IMG/VR virus record: IMGVR_UViG_3300028800_000064
Span: 1 to 64,000 of that record
Length of the DNA: 64,000 nucleotides
Strand: one strand, 5' to 3'
Source: a virus
In this document: positions 45,164 through 54,767 of the stretch, in pieces
Layout of the letters: every line of letters begins with the position of its first letter
Numbering within the stretch: position 1 is the first letter of the stretch
Notes under the pieces: model-generated
Seen by the model: the letters and a program-made list of their open reading frames with translations, nothing else
The model's database searches: none
Told to the model about the DNA's origin: nothing
Translations under genes and position numbers: made by a program

Positions 45164-45358
45164 ATGACGGCGACTGAAGAAAAACTTCTCGAATTGGGAA
45201 ACGCTCTAGCTCGAAGCGTCGGTCACGTCGCGGGGTCTGGCTGCCCAAAAATGTCTCCCGTGATTCCCTGCACTTGCGGCTCTGGAGCGGAACAAGCTCA
45301 GGCCCTGCACGATTGGTGGCATCTTTCGCGGGAGATGCAGGCTAAAAAAATCTCTTGA
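45164..45358 (+). CDS. small hypothetical protein
   Basis: GGAGG RBS; H...C...CTCG. Confidence 0.55.
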   Translation: MTATEEKLLELGNALARSVGHVAGSGCPKMSPVIPCTCGSGAEQAQALHDWWHLSREMQAKKIS

Positions 45359-45383
45359 CAAAGTTGCCGGGCCGTTGTAAGCT
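45355..45383 (+). promoter_or_regulatory. sigma70-type promoter
   Basis: TTGACA-N17-TAAGCT. Confidence 0.6.
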
Positions 45384-45524
45384 CGCCTTGAGAGGTGCCT
45401 TATGCGAAATCGCTAATCTCTGACCTCATAGACAGATGAGACAACCTAAAAGAGAAGCACGACAGCGGGGCCTTGGAGGGGTTAAACCCAATGAAGAGGT
45501 CCCGCTAATAGTTTGGAGCCGAGC

Positions 45525-46118
45525 ATGACTCACGATCTTTTTTCGCCCGATCACTTCGCGCAGAAAACCTGGGAGCGCGTGCGTAACGCGAAGCCCGCAG
45601 ATTTTGAACCGTGGGAAGAGGCGCGCGAACGCTACATCGCCGAGAAGGTGCAGCCGCTGCTTGCCATGTACAGGCAGGGTGACCATGATTGGTTCCGCGA
45701 TTTCAATCGGCGGCGCGGGCAGTGCATGCATGCCAGCGATTTGATCTTGCGATTGCAGAGGTTGAATCCCAACATCTCAGTGCAGTTTCAAATCAACTTC
45801 CCGGACGACTGGGGCTTGTATGCAGCTTCTCTTGGCCGCGTGCAGTTTCTCACCGGTTTCCCGAAAGGCTGGTTGACCGAATTCTCATACGCCATGGTGG
45901 ATGAGCGCGATCTGCCCACCGAAGAACGCAGGGGGTGGCGCACGGTCCTCATCTACTGCTTGATGAAAGGTGCCATCACCTGGAAGCAGGTGGTTGCAGA
46001 GTTCGGCGAACCGAACGATGCGTGGAACGAGATGCGCTGGCAGGAAGTGACTGCTGACTTCCGGCACGGCGGAGATGAGATTGTGCAGCGGAATATTGCG
46101 AACGTAGTCCAGCTCTGA
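45525..46118 (+). CDS. hypothetical protein
   Basis: GGAG RBS; 197 aa. Confidence 0.7.
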   Translation: MTHDLFSPDHFAQKTWERVRNAKPADFEPWEEARERYIAEKVQPLLAMYRQGDHDWFRDFNRRRGQCMHASDLILRLQRLNPNISVQFQINFPDDWGLYAASLGRVQFLTGFPKGWLTEFSYAMVDERDLPTEERRGWRTVLIYCLMKGAITWKQVVAEFGEPNDAWNEMRWQEVTADFRHGGDEIVQRNIANVVQL

Positions 46119-46150
46119 ACCCCCAGTTGCTGAAAACTTGTTACAGTTTT

Positions 46151-46167
46151 TGACTAATCTCCCCATA
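46151..46167 (+). promoter_or_regulatory. late promoter motif copy 7
   Basis: TGACTA atctccc CATA; upstream cagttgctgaaa.ctt.ttaca shared with copy 5. Confidence 0.7.
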
Positions 46168-46208
46168 GGTGTAGAGTATTCAGTGTGAGCCTTTTGAGGA
46201 GTAGTCAA

Positions 46209-46709
46209 ATGCCAAATGAGCATGACGCCAACCGTAGTTCTGCCCTTTCGCCGGAAGCTCTGGCGATGATTAACACTGCCACGGCGCAAGCTGTTCAGGC
46301 CGCCGTGAAGAGTGTCTTCGAAAATCTGGGACCCGTCCTCAAGGATATGGCGATCACCCCCGAAAAGTTGCGGGAAGCCAACAAGCCGTACGAGGACCCT
46401 GCCAAGATCGCCCGCGAGATGCGCGAGTCGCTGAAGTCGAAGGCGGATGAAGCCGAAATCCAGAAGATGAATAACGCGCGCAAGGCCGCGTGCCCGCACC
46501 TGGACAAGAACGGTCGCTCTGCCATCTGCTTGGTTCACAATCAGCCGGATCATCAAGCGCGCGGCGTATGCGTGGTTTGCGGCGATTGGATTCACCCGAA
46601 GGAATGGCGCATCGGAGTACCTGATGAGAAGAATCCGCGTGGCCGGGCCTACTTGGTCGAGCCGCACAAAGATTACCGAATAGTTTTGCAGCTGGAGTCC
46701 ATGAACTAA
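46209..46709 (+). CDS. hypothetical protein with Zn-binding motif
   Basis: CPH...CVVC. Confidence 0.7.
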   Translation: MPNEHDANRSSALSPEALAMINTATAQAVQAAVKSVFENLGPVLKDMAITPEKLREANKPYEDPAKIAREMRESLKSKADEAEIQKMNNARKAACPHLDKNGRSAICLVHNQPDHQARGVCVVCGDWIHPKEWRIGVPDEKNPRGRAYLVEPHKDYRIVLQLESMN

Positions 46710-46772
46710 GTGTAGTACTTTCTGATCGACGGGGCGCAGTGATTGCCCCGAGCAGTTAAAAAAGGAGCGATC

Positions 46773-47030
46773 ATGCAAAATGATTTGGTTTTCTCTGTAG
46801 TTGAGATCAAAGCCCTGGGGTCCGGTCTCGGTCGTCGTCTCTCTGTCCGTTTAGACGGAGATTGGCTGGACCGCGCCTCATGTAATTCGCAGGGTGCCCC
46901 TCAACCTGCCGCATATACTATTCATGCGGTCTTGCCTTATTCTCCAGAATATGGTACACTTCAAATTGGTCAACGCTTTGGGTTGGTTTCTGTTCCATTT
47001 CCTGAAATCGGAGAGGCAGGTTCGCGATGA
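46773..47030 (+). CDS. hypothetical protein
   Basis: AAGGAG RBS. Confidence 0.55.
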   Translation: MQNDLVFSVVEIKALGSGLGRRLSVRLDGDWLDRASCNSQGAPQPAAYTIHAVLPYSPEYGTLQIGQRFGLVSVPFPEIGEAGSR

Positions 47031-47800
47031 GTGCTAAACCGAACGGCATAGTATTGTTAGTCCCTACGAGCGGACGCAACGTCTGCATCGAATGGGCAGC
47101 CGCGATTTCTTCACTGAGCTATCCCGTAGGGATGAACCATTATCTCTACATCAGCAAAGCCGACCCAACCGGTGGTCACACCCGCGCTGAACAGCGCGAG
47201 ATGCTGGCGGATATGGCGTTGAAGATCAACGCTGAATTTATGATGTGGATCGACGATGATACGATCCCCCCGGCGACTGCCGTCCAAGAACTGTGCTACG
47301 TGCTGGCGCAGAATCCGAAAGCCGCGATTTGCGGTGGCATCTACTGCACCAAGGGTCATCCGACCGAACCCATCGTGTTTTTGGAACTGGGCGGAGGACC
47401 ACACTGGCTCTGGACCATGGGCGACATTTTCAAATGCGCCGGTCTTGGGACCGGATGCATGATGGTTCGGACCAGCGTTTTGAAGGAACTTTCCAAGCCG
47501 TGGTTTCAGGACATCGCGAAGGCCACGCTTGGTGAAACCGAAACGCGCAACGGGGAGACGATCAACGTTGCCGCTCGGACGGGCACGGACGATCTATATT
47601 TCTGCAAGAAAGTTGCAGAGGCCGGGTACGACATCATTGCGCATGGCGGCGTCCTGCCGGTTCATGTGGACTACACCAACAACGAAAACGTTCCCTACAA
47701 GCTTCCGAAGAACTCCTACCCCGTAACCAGCTACGCTGAGAAGCTTGCCGCACTCAACGCTACGCTGCCGCCCGACAAACAGAGGATTCTGCTGCCATGA
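47027..47800 (+). CDS. GT-A fold glycosyltransferase (GT2-like)
   Basis: MWIDDD, GTGCMMVR, PWF, DDLYFC...AGY. Confidence 0.88.
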   Translation: MSAKPNGIVLLVPTSGRNVCIEWAAAISSLSYPVGMNHYLYISKADPTGGHTRAEQREMLADMALKINAEFMMWIDDDTIPPATAVQELCYVLAQNPKAAICGGIYCTKGHPTEPIVFLELGGGPHWLWTMGDIFKCAGLGTGCMMVRTSVLKELSKPWFQDIAKATLGETETRNGETINVAARTGTDDLYFCKKVAEAGYDIIAHGGVLPVHVDYTNNENVPYKLPKNSYPVTSYAEKLAALNATLPPDKQRILLP

Positions 47801-48684
47801 CTGATCTCGTAATCGGATTCGCCGCTAACTACGATTGGCCAGCGTTGGAACCGTTTGCTGTTTCTCTTGCCCGCTCAGGCTACACGGGCAAGAAAGTGTT
47901 GTTTGCGCAGAAGCTTACCGCAGAGGCCTGCGAGCATTTGCAAGAGCTGGGGTTTGAATTGCTGCCCCTGCCGGTTTTGGATTACTCCGACGCGCAACTA
48001 CCGCTTGGGAGTTTTTTTGCTTACGTCGCGCGCTTTCTTCTCATTCATCGATACCTGTACGACCATCCGCAATACCGTTTTGTTGTTACCTGTGACGCCC
48101 GCGATGTGATTTTTCAGTCAGACCCGATGGTCTGGCTGGAGAAGAATATCGGAGACGCGGGGTTGGTCGCTGCGTCCGAATATATCTATCACTGGGCGCA
48201 ACAAGGAAACACGGCCTGGGTGAAAGCTGGCTTCCAGGAAGTTGATTCGTGGATGATGTCGCAGATTGTGTACTGTTCTGGTTTCATTTCTGGCAGGGCA
48301 GAGTACATGAAAGACCTTTGTCTGGCGATCTATCTGATAGGGCGGCATCTGACGGGGAAAATCTGGGGCGCGGACCAGCCTGCTTATAACGCGATTATGC
48401 ACCAAAAGCCCTACGCCGACATAACCTTGGTTCCAACCATCGATCAGGGCTACTGTTTCAATCTTTGTGTTGTGGCCTTCGAAGAGTATCGCCAAAGCTT
48501 GTTGGAATCCCCGCCCCCGCTGGTTTATGGCTCTACCCGAACAGACGGAGTGAACCCGCCAAATATGTGGGATTATGATCTGGCCGATCTGAAACAGTTT
48601 GCGGTGCTGCACCAGTACGACCGTATGCCAGAACTCACCCAGCAGATTCGTTCGGAATATCGACTAGCCACTGTCGCCAAATAA
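47797..48684 (+). CDS. GT-A fold glycosyltransferase-like protein
   Basis: RF...VVTCDARDVIFQSDP, CSG, DQPAYN, HQYDR. Confidence 0.8.
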   Translation: MTDLVIGFAANYDWPALEPFAVSLARSGYTGKKVLFAQKLTAEACEHLQELGFELLPLPVLDYSDAQLPLGSFFAYVARFLLIHRYLYDHPQYRFVVTCDARDVIFQSDPMVWLEKNIGDAGLVAASEYIYHWAQQGNTAWVKAGFQEVDSWMMSQIVYCSGFISGRAEYMKDLCLAIYLIGRHLTGKIWGADQPAYNAIMHQKPYADITLVPTIDQGYCFNLCVVAFEEYRQSLLESPPPLVYGSTRTDGVNPPNMWDYDLADLKQFAVLHQYDRMPELTQQIRSEYRLATVAK

Positions 48685-48689
48685 GTTTT

Positions 48690-48706
48690 AGACTTGTCCC
48701 TCTATA
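48690..48706 (+). promoter_or_regulatory. late promoter motif copy 8
   Basis: AGACTT gtccctc TATA. Confidence 0.75.
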
Positions 48707-48761
48707 GTAGGTGGTCACTACGACGCCCTGCAGGGTCCCTGCAGATTAAGAGGAAAACATC

Positions 48762-49730
48762 ATGGCACAAATTCTTAGTTCTCGCGGGTACGATTCGTCC
48801 TACCGTGGATCGAATGCCCCTGGCGCGTTTTATCAGATTTTGACTTCCGACTTCGGTGAGCCTGCTCCCGGAGCCCCGACGCTGACGGTGCGCACCGCTT
48901 CCGGAACCATCACTTCCACCACATCCAACATCAAGTTGACTTGGATTACGGCGGAAGGCGTTTCGCTCCCGTCCACCAATACCGGCATTACGGTGAACTC
49001 GGCTGACGGCGGCGTGTCTATCGTCATCCCCACTGCTCCGACTACCGGAGCCCCGGTCATCGGGTACCAGATTTATTCGCAAGGTTCGACCGGCGCGCCT
49101 CTTTTGAATACCGCTGGCATCGTTCCCGCGCCTCAGACGTTCCAAACCACAAGCGGCCCGGTGATTGGGTTCCCGATCACGTCCACCACTGTGTTTCAGA
49201 ACAGCTTTGGTACGGGTGCGGGCGTTCCTCTCGTGGACCAATCGGGTATTCAGCCTGCGCTGCCTTCGGTTTCGGCAGCTTCTGCTTCCGCGAGCGGCAC
49301 CGCCGATTACGATTTCATCGTGCCCAACTCTGGGTCTCAGTGGAAGACGTACAAGTCCGTTGGATACATGAAGCCCTCGGGTGTTGCAGAAACGCCGGGC
49401 CTCTCCATGGTCGCGAACTTGGATTGTCTCGCCCCGCTCTATCCAGGTGCGACCCCAGGCACCAGCACCTACACGCAAGTGTCGGTGACACCAGGGACCT
49501 ACATGGTGATGAATGGAAACCTGTTCATCTCCACATCCGCGACCGCAAACATCGCTGCCACTTTCATCGGCGGCGCAGCGTTCGCAGTCACCAAGGGCAC
49601 GTCTGTAACAGACGGTTCCGTGACATGGCTGTGTCTCGGTAAGGCTGTCCTTGTCCGCGCTCACTTTATCAACAACGGCAGCAACGCACAGACACCTGTG
49701 CAGCAAGAGACCGACATTTTCCAGTTCTAA
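48762..49730 (+). CDS. virion structural protein
   Basis: S/T/G-rich beta domains, VTDGSVTWLCLG motif. Confidence 0.7.
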   Translation: MAQILSSRGYDSSYRGSNAPGAFYQILTSDFGEPAPGAPTLTVRTASGTITSTTSNIKLTWITAEGVSLPSTNTGITVNSADGGVSIVIPTAPTTGAPVIGYQIYSQGSTGAPLLNTAGIVPAPQTFQTTSGPVIGFPITSTTVFQNSFGTGAGVPLVDQSGIQPALPSVSAASASASGTADYDFIVPNSGSQWKTYKSVGYMKPSGVAETPGLSMVANLDCLAPLYPGATPGTSTYTQVSVTPGTYMVMNGNLFISTSATANIAATFIGGAAFAVTKGTSVTDGSVTWLCLGKAVLVRAHFINNGSNAQTPVQQETDIFQF

Positions 49731-49817
49731 TTTTCCATAGGGGCGTCTGGGTCGCTTCGGCGATCCGGCTCCTGCCAATTTTCGAAAGTAGTCAAATCAC
49801 CGTTTGGAGGCAAGGCA

Positions 49818-50132
49818 ATGAGCACATCACCCGAAGCACCCGTGGCGACACCAGCCGCCCCGGCAGCACCAAAGACTGCGATTCAGATTATCGAGCAAGA
49901 GTTGGCCAATTTCATTCAGCAACACGCACAGGCCATTTCCAAGGTTCACGCAATCGAAGGCGCAATTCAGGGAGCCCAGCATCTGTTGGGCAAGTTGAAG
50001 GCCGAAGCTGCCAAGGCGGAAGCTGCAACGAAAGCTGCAGTGTCTGACTTGGAAAAAGAGGCGGGTCAGGTCGAAAACGACGTGAAGACCGAAGCGAGCA
50101 AGGTCACGGAGTTCGTAAAAAAGGAATTGTAA
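49818..50132 (+). CDS. small coiled-coil protein
   Basis: GGAGG RBS. Confidence 0.65.
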   Translation: MSTSPEAPVATPAAPAAPKTAIQIIEQELANFIQQHAQAISKVHAIEGAIQGAQHLLGKLKAEAAKAEAATKAAVSDLEKEAGQVENDVKTEASKVTEFVKKEL

Positions 50133-50177
50133 TTGATCTTCCAGAGATGCCTGCTCACATCACTGGATGCTCCGAAC

Positions 50178-50220
50178 ACGCCCTGTTTCTCCTCATAAGA
50201 GGGACAGGGCGTTTCTATTT
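50178..50220 (+). terminator. intrinsic terminator
   Basis: ACGCCCTGT.../...ACAGGGCGT stem then TTCTATTT. Confidence 0.65.
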
Positions 50221-50241
50221 CCTGAGTAGATCGAGAAGATC

Positions 50242-51654
50242 ATGGCAAATTTCAATCTTGTTCCGAACGTGAATCAGACGACCACCATCCAAGCGATGGC
50301 GGATCAACTGAAAATTCACACGAAGCTCCAGAATTTTTTCAACGTTGGCGGGATCGACGGCCAGCCCATGCTTCGGCTGTGCGACAATGTCCAGCAGATG
50401 CTGTTGACGCGGCGCATGGGTTGGAAGTTCAACCGGGTGAATTTGGGAAGCAACAATCCTGCGGTCAACCCGCACTTTTTCGTGAGCCAGCAAGGCTTTC
50501 AGGACTTTCATCATGCTGGGGCATCGTGTTTCGCGCTCATCAATAGCGTCACGCCAGGCGGTCAACTTCCCGCAGGTGGGGCGGGCGTGGATTTGAACCC
50601 CGGCACGTATCAGAATGGCAACGCGCGCGTCAATTATGGTCCGTTCAATGGCGGCAATTCCTACGGGCCGACTGGGAACTGGCAAACCGCTGGAATCATC
50701 TTTGATCCGGTGGCCAACACTTTCACCGTGCAATTTCTCGATCCTCACCCCTTTCAATCGGCGAACATTGGGTCGTCGCAGATGCTGATCGCCGGTGTGG
50801 TGAATCCCGCGTACAACAGCACGTTCACATACAACCAGCTCACGCAAACCAGCCAGTGGATCAACAGCTACACGCTGATCGCCATCCCAGACAACTTCCA
50901 TATCGTTCTGGCAGGCACGCCAGGGCAGTTCGGCTTTGTCGGAAGCATCTCCGCCAGCGGCAGCATTACAACGATCACGATGCCAAACGCGATGAGCCCC
51001 GGCGACATTATGACGTTCACAGGGATCACCACGAACTCCGCGCTGAACGGCAAGACGGTTACGCTGCTAACGGCTACAGCGTCCTCGATCACTTTCACGA
51101 CTCCGACAGGCGTCACAATTACAAACGGAGCTGACACAGGAACAGTGTATGCAGCCCCATCGGGCGCGCCGGGCATCTGGAACATGGGCTGGGTCGAAGC
51201 CGCCGCGACCGCGGATATCAACAACCCCAGCTTTCCTCTGCCCGTCACGCCTATCAATGCTGTGCATCGGATCGCGCCCGAGTACACATCCACGGGCGAT
51301 GCGTTGAATCTATCTTGTGAGATCGACTACGGTAACGGGGTGGTGAAATTCCGAACTTCGGAGCCAGTCAGCACGTACCCGTATGCGTTTAACGTGGTGT
51401 ACCAGGCCAAGTCGCCGAAGTTCACCAGCGGTCAGAATGTGTTTCAGTGGCCGGATGACCTGTCCTACGTTTTGTTCGAAATGCTGTTGTGGCAGGGCAT
51501 GCGCTTTGCGTACGGAATCACCTCGACCGAAACACAAGCGCAAATGCAAGCGGCGATGATGGCAGTTCAAGCGGCCATGGCGTCCGAGGATCGCGAGGAT
51601 AATATCCAATCTTTGACGCCGAACTTCACGCTGATGGGTGGCCCGACCGGATAA
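50242..51654 (+). CDS. head-tail adaptor-like virion protein with inserted beta domains
   Basis: Helical N- and C-termini (WKFNR; WPDDLSYVL) around beta-rich inserts; position. Confidence 0.55.
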   Translation: MANFNLVPNVNQTTTIQAMADQLKIHTKLQNFFNVGGIDGQPMLRLCDNVQQMLLTRRMGWKFNRVNLGSNNPAVNPHFFVSQQGFQDFHHAGASCFALINSVTPGGQLPAGGAGVDLNPGTYQNGNARVNYGPFNGGNSYGPTGNWQTAGIIFDPVANTFTVQFLDPHPFQSANIGSSQMLIAGVVNPAYNSTFTYNQLTQTSQWINSYTLIAIPDNFHIVLAGTPGQFGFVGSISASGSITTITMPNAMSPGDIMTFTGITTNSALNGKTVTLLTATASSITFTTPTGVTITNGADTGTVYAAPSGAPGIWNMGWVEAAATADINNPSFPLPVTPINAVHRIAPEYTSTGDALNLSCEIDYGNGVVKFRTSEPVSTYPYAFNVVYQAKSPKFTSGQNVFQWPDDLSYVLFEMLLWQGMRFAYGITSTETQAQMQAAMMAVQAAMASEDREDNIQSLTPNFTLMGGPTG

Positions 51655-51671
51655 AGACTTCGGGCACCTAA
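51655..51671 (+). promoter_or_regulatory. late promoter motif copy 9
   Basis: AGACTT cgggcac CTAA. Confidence 0.55.
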
Positions 51672-51683
51672 GTAGGGATACCC

Positions 51684-54674
51684 ATGATTACGTTGACAAA
51701 TGGTTTGCCGCAGGGTCCGAACGGTTTAATTGTGCCGAACGGCTCGATCAAGTTTCAACTGAACATCGACGCTACTGTGATCGCCGCGCCGGGCGGTTTC
51801 GTCGCGGCGGATATTCCTGTGGTGTTTCAGTTCAACGCGGCTGGGCAGATTCAACCAAATCCGCCCGCAGCCGCTGCGCAAATTTACAGCAACGCGGAGC
51901 TGAATCCGCAAAACTCGATTGGTCTGGGCACGTACTATTTGGTCACGTTCTACGATCAGAACGGCGCGCAGTTGAATATGTCGCCCATGTGGTGGCAGTT
52001 TTATGAAGCGGCAGGCTCGACGGTGGATATCAGTCAGATCACTCCGGTGTCTACCGTAGGAGGCAACGTGATTTTTTATCCGACACCAAACTTCACGAAC
52101 AACATTGCGTGGAATGATATTCTTCCGGCCACGGGCAACATGGCTTTGAATAATGGGGCGTTCACGACTACGATCACCTCTTCCGGGTTGTTTGACATTG
52201 AGGGGCCGTTTCAGGTAGATGGTCCAGCTACGTTCACGGAGCAGATTACGAATGTAGGAGCTTTGATTATCTCCCCGACCACGATTTCTTTTGCGGCTCC
52301 CACGGTAACTCCGGCAGTCTCCGGCAGTTCGGTGTGGTCTTATCAAGTCGCTGCGTTCCGCTCCAATGTTTTGATTGCTCTCTCCGCTGTGGGTACCACA
52401 TCAGTCGGAACGGCGACGTTGAGTGGTACGGATTTTAATACCGTCACATGGGCGGCAGTTCCAACTGCGGATACCTACGTGGTGCAGATGGTCGCGAGTC
52501 CTGCCCAGAATCCAGAAGGCATTTTCACAGGAGCGGGTATCGTGGCAGTGCTGAGTGCTCCCACGGTCACCTATAATGATGTCTCCGGGTTACCCCACTA
52601 CGGTGCTGGTAATAACGCCTGGTTGTATGGGTCTGAGTCGGGTTTTGTGGGGATCACCACTGGGCTGCACATCGGCCCAGCGTTTACGGCCTTCTCCGGG
52701 GCGTTTCCCTTTACTGCCGACTTGGCGGCGGGTTCTCCGCTTGTTGTGAACTCCATCAGCAGTAATTCCGCGATTGTGGGAAACCTCCAGGTGTCTGGAG
52801 CGCAGTCCGGTTTTCCGAACTACCTGGCGACGGGATATCTTGCGTTAGAGGTCACCGCAGCTAACACGGGGTTATTCACCAGCGCGCTATACGTGGCTTC
52901 CGATTATACGGGTTCGACCGGAACCCAAGAATTTTTGTTTGGTATCATCGCCAGTCCCACGCATTCAGGTTCGGGCGCGCTGACAAACCTCGGCGGCTAT
53001 TATTGCGCCTGCAACCCATATGGGACCGGCGCACTCGACACCATGTTCTGCTTTGAGGCCGACACGCCAGAGCCGCCAGGCGGAACGCTAGCAACAAACA
53101 TCGGCGTCTGGATCAACGATCAGTCGGGCATCGCCACCAGCAACTACGGTTTGAAACTCGACGCGCTCACCAATGTCGGAGCCGGAAATTGGGCTATCTA
53201 CGCCGACAACGGAATAGTAGATTTGGGCGGCAACCTGAGTACTCAAAACAGAACAGCCGCCATTAGCACTGTGAATCGGTCTTCTCCCACGTTCACGTTA
53301 GGCGGCCACTATTGGACGGGCTCCGTATCGGCGGTGGACTCCTGGACGCTGCAGGATTTTCTGTACCTCGGAGCCGTGTATACTTTGTCCGCTGCTTCAA
53401 ACGCAGCCGGGGGTCAGACAACATACACTGGTGTTTTCATCCCGACGCTGCCAGTCGGCACAACGCTGACCATTGCGGGATTTTCGAATGCGGGTAACAA
53501 CGGAAGTTTTACGGTTACGGACAATCGTGGAAATTCGCTGGTGGTTGGAAACTCGGGCGGGGTGTTGGAAAGTCATGTCGCTACGGCCACGGTGACATCA
53601 GGCAGTGGCAGTGCGCTGCTCTTTACGCACGCTGGGTCTTCTAGTCGGACCCAGATTTTGATCCCGAATGCTTTTAGCAACTACCCAGATTTGGCGTTCG
53701 AGGGAGACACTGGATTAGGATTTTCGAATCTGGGGTCTTCTGAACTGCAGCTTTCGTGCGGCCCATCGGCTGCCTTTTTGTGGACGACGAATACGTTCGA
53801 AGTAGGTGTTGGAGATATGTGTTTCGGCCCTGCCGGGGTCGCCATGGTGTCTCTGCACACGGACCCGACAACGACATACGCTTTGTCGGCGGCGTCAAAC
53901 GCATCGGCGGGCAACACGACATACACGGGGGTTTTTTCTCCTGTGGTTCCTGTGGGGGCGAAAGTTAACGTCGGTGGATTTACAAACTTCGGAAACAACG
54001 TAACCTATGGTGTCACAGTCTCCTGCAATAGCACAACCTTAGTTGTGGTCAATCCCAATGGTGTAGCCGAAACCAAAGTGGCCTCGGTCTCGACCAGCAA
54101 CCCGTGCTTTTTTGTGGGGCTGGGCGGATCGGCGGTTTCCGGCTTTACGGCGACTCTGGGGGTTCCGCCACAGGGCTACGATCCTCCCGCTACGGGAACA
54201 TGGACAAGTAGCCAAGCCGGGCGGCTGTGGTTCAACACCGCCACCTCGCAACTGCGATACTGGGACGGCGTAGAAACCGCATCAGTGCCGGGCACGGTCG
54301 CCACATCGCACTTGACCGCGCAAGCCGCTGCGATCTCCGCGACAACCATCTATGCGGTTCCCGCTGCTTTGGGGGGCCTGTATGAAATTTCGTGGTCGGC
54401 GACGGTAACGGTTGTGGATGGCAGCTCATCCACACTCGGTGGTGCCACGGGCTTTCAGGCGAAGTACACAAACGTGAATGACTCTGTAGTGAAAACTACC
54501 AACCCCACAACCGCGACGATTTCAGCCGGAAATACTACGGCAACATCGATTGGCGGGACTGTTGTGGCCTACTGTAAGGGCGGCACGAATCTGCAGTATC
54601 TGTTCGGGTACACGAGCAATACTCCAGGGCAGATGAATTACGATTTGAACATCTACGTGCGGTACCTCGGATAA
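51684..54674 (+). CDS. tail fibre / receptor-binding protein
   Basis: 996 aa S/T/G-rich; internal repeat YxLSAASNAxxGxTTYTGVF; GRLWFNTATSQLRYWDG motif. Confidence 0.75.
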   Translation: MITLTNGLPQGPNGLIVPNGSIKFQLNIDATVIAAPGGFVAADIPVVFQFNAAGQIQPNPPAAAAQIYSNAELNPQNSIGLGTYYLVTFYDQNGAQLNMSPMWWQFYEAAGSTVDISQITPVSTVGGNVIFYPTPNFTNNIAWNDILPATGNMALNNGAFTTTITSSGLFDIEGPFQVDGPATFTEQITNVGALIISPTTISFAAPTVTPAVSGSSVWSYQVAAFRSNVLIALSAVGTTSVGTATLSGTDFNTVTWAAVPTADTYVVQMVASPAQNPEGIFTGAGIVAVLSAPTVTYNDVSGLPHYGAGNNAWLYGSESGFVGITTGLHIGPAFTAFSGAFPFTADLAAGSPLVVNSISSNSAIVGNLQVSGAQSGFPNYLATGYLALEVTAANTGLFTSALYVASDYTGSTGTQEFLFGIIASPTHSGSGALTNLGGYYCACNPYGTGALDTMFCFEADTPEPPGGTLATNIGVWINDQSGIATSNYGLKLDALTNVGAGNWAIYADNGIVDLGGNLSTQNRTAAISTVNRSSPTFTLGGHYWTGSVSAVDSWTLQDFLYLGAVYTLSAASNAAGGQTTYTGVFIPTLPVGTTLTIAGFSNAGNNGSFTVTDNRGNSLVVGNSGGVLESHVATATVTSGSGSALLFTHAGSSSRTQILIPNAFSNYPDLAFEGDTGLGFSNLGSSELQLSCGPSAAFLWTTNTFEVGVGDMCFGPAGVAMVSLHTDPTTTYALSAASNASAGNTTYTGVFSPVVPVGAKVNVGGFTNFGNNVTYGVTVSCNSTTLVVVNPNGVAETKVASVSTSNPCFFVGLGGSAVSGFTATLGVPPQGYDPPATGTWTSSQAGRLWFNTATSQLRYWDGVETASVPGTVATSHLTAQAAAISATTIYAVPAALGGLYEISWSATVTVVDGSSSTLGGATGFQAKYTNVNDSVVKTTNPTTATISAGNTTATSIGGTVVAYCKGGTNLQYLFGYTSNTPGQMNYDLNIYVRYLG

Positions 54675-54710
54675 GACGAGATGCTGTTGGGCGCAGCGGT
54701 AACTGAAACA

Positions 54711-54727
54711 AGACTTTCCCTTCCATA
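54711..54727 (+). promoter_or_regulatory. late promoter motif copy 10
   Basis: aaacaAGACTT tcccttc CATA. Confidence 0.75.
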
Positions 54728-54767
54728 AGTGAGGGTCTACCCTCAATCACATAGTCTTGGGTGTATC

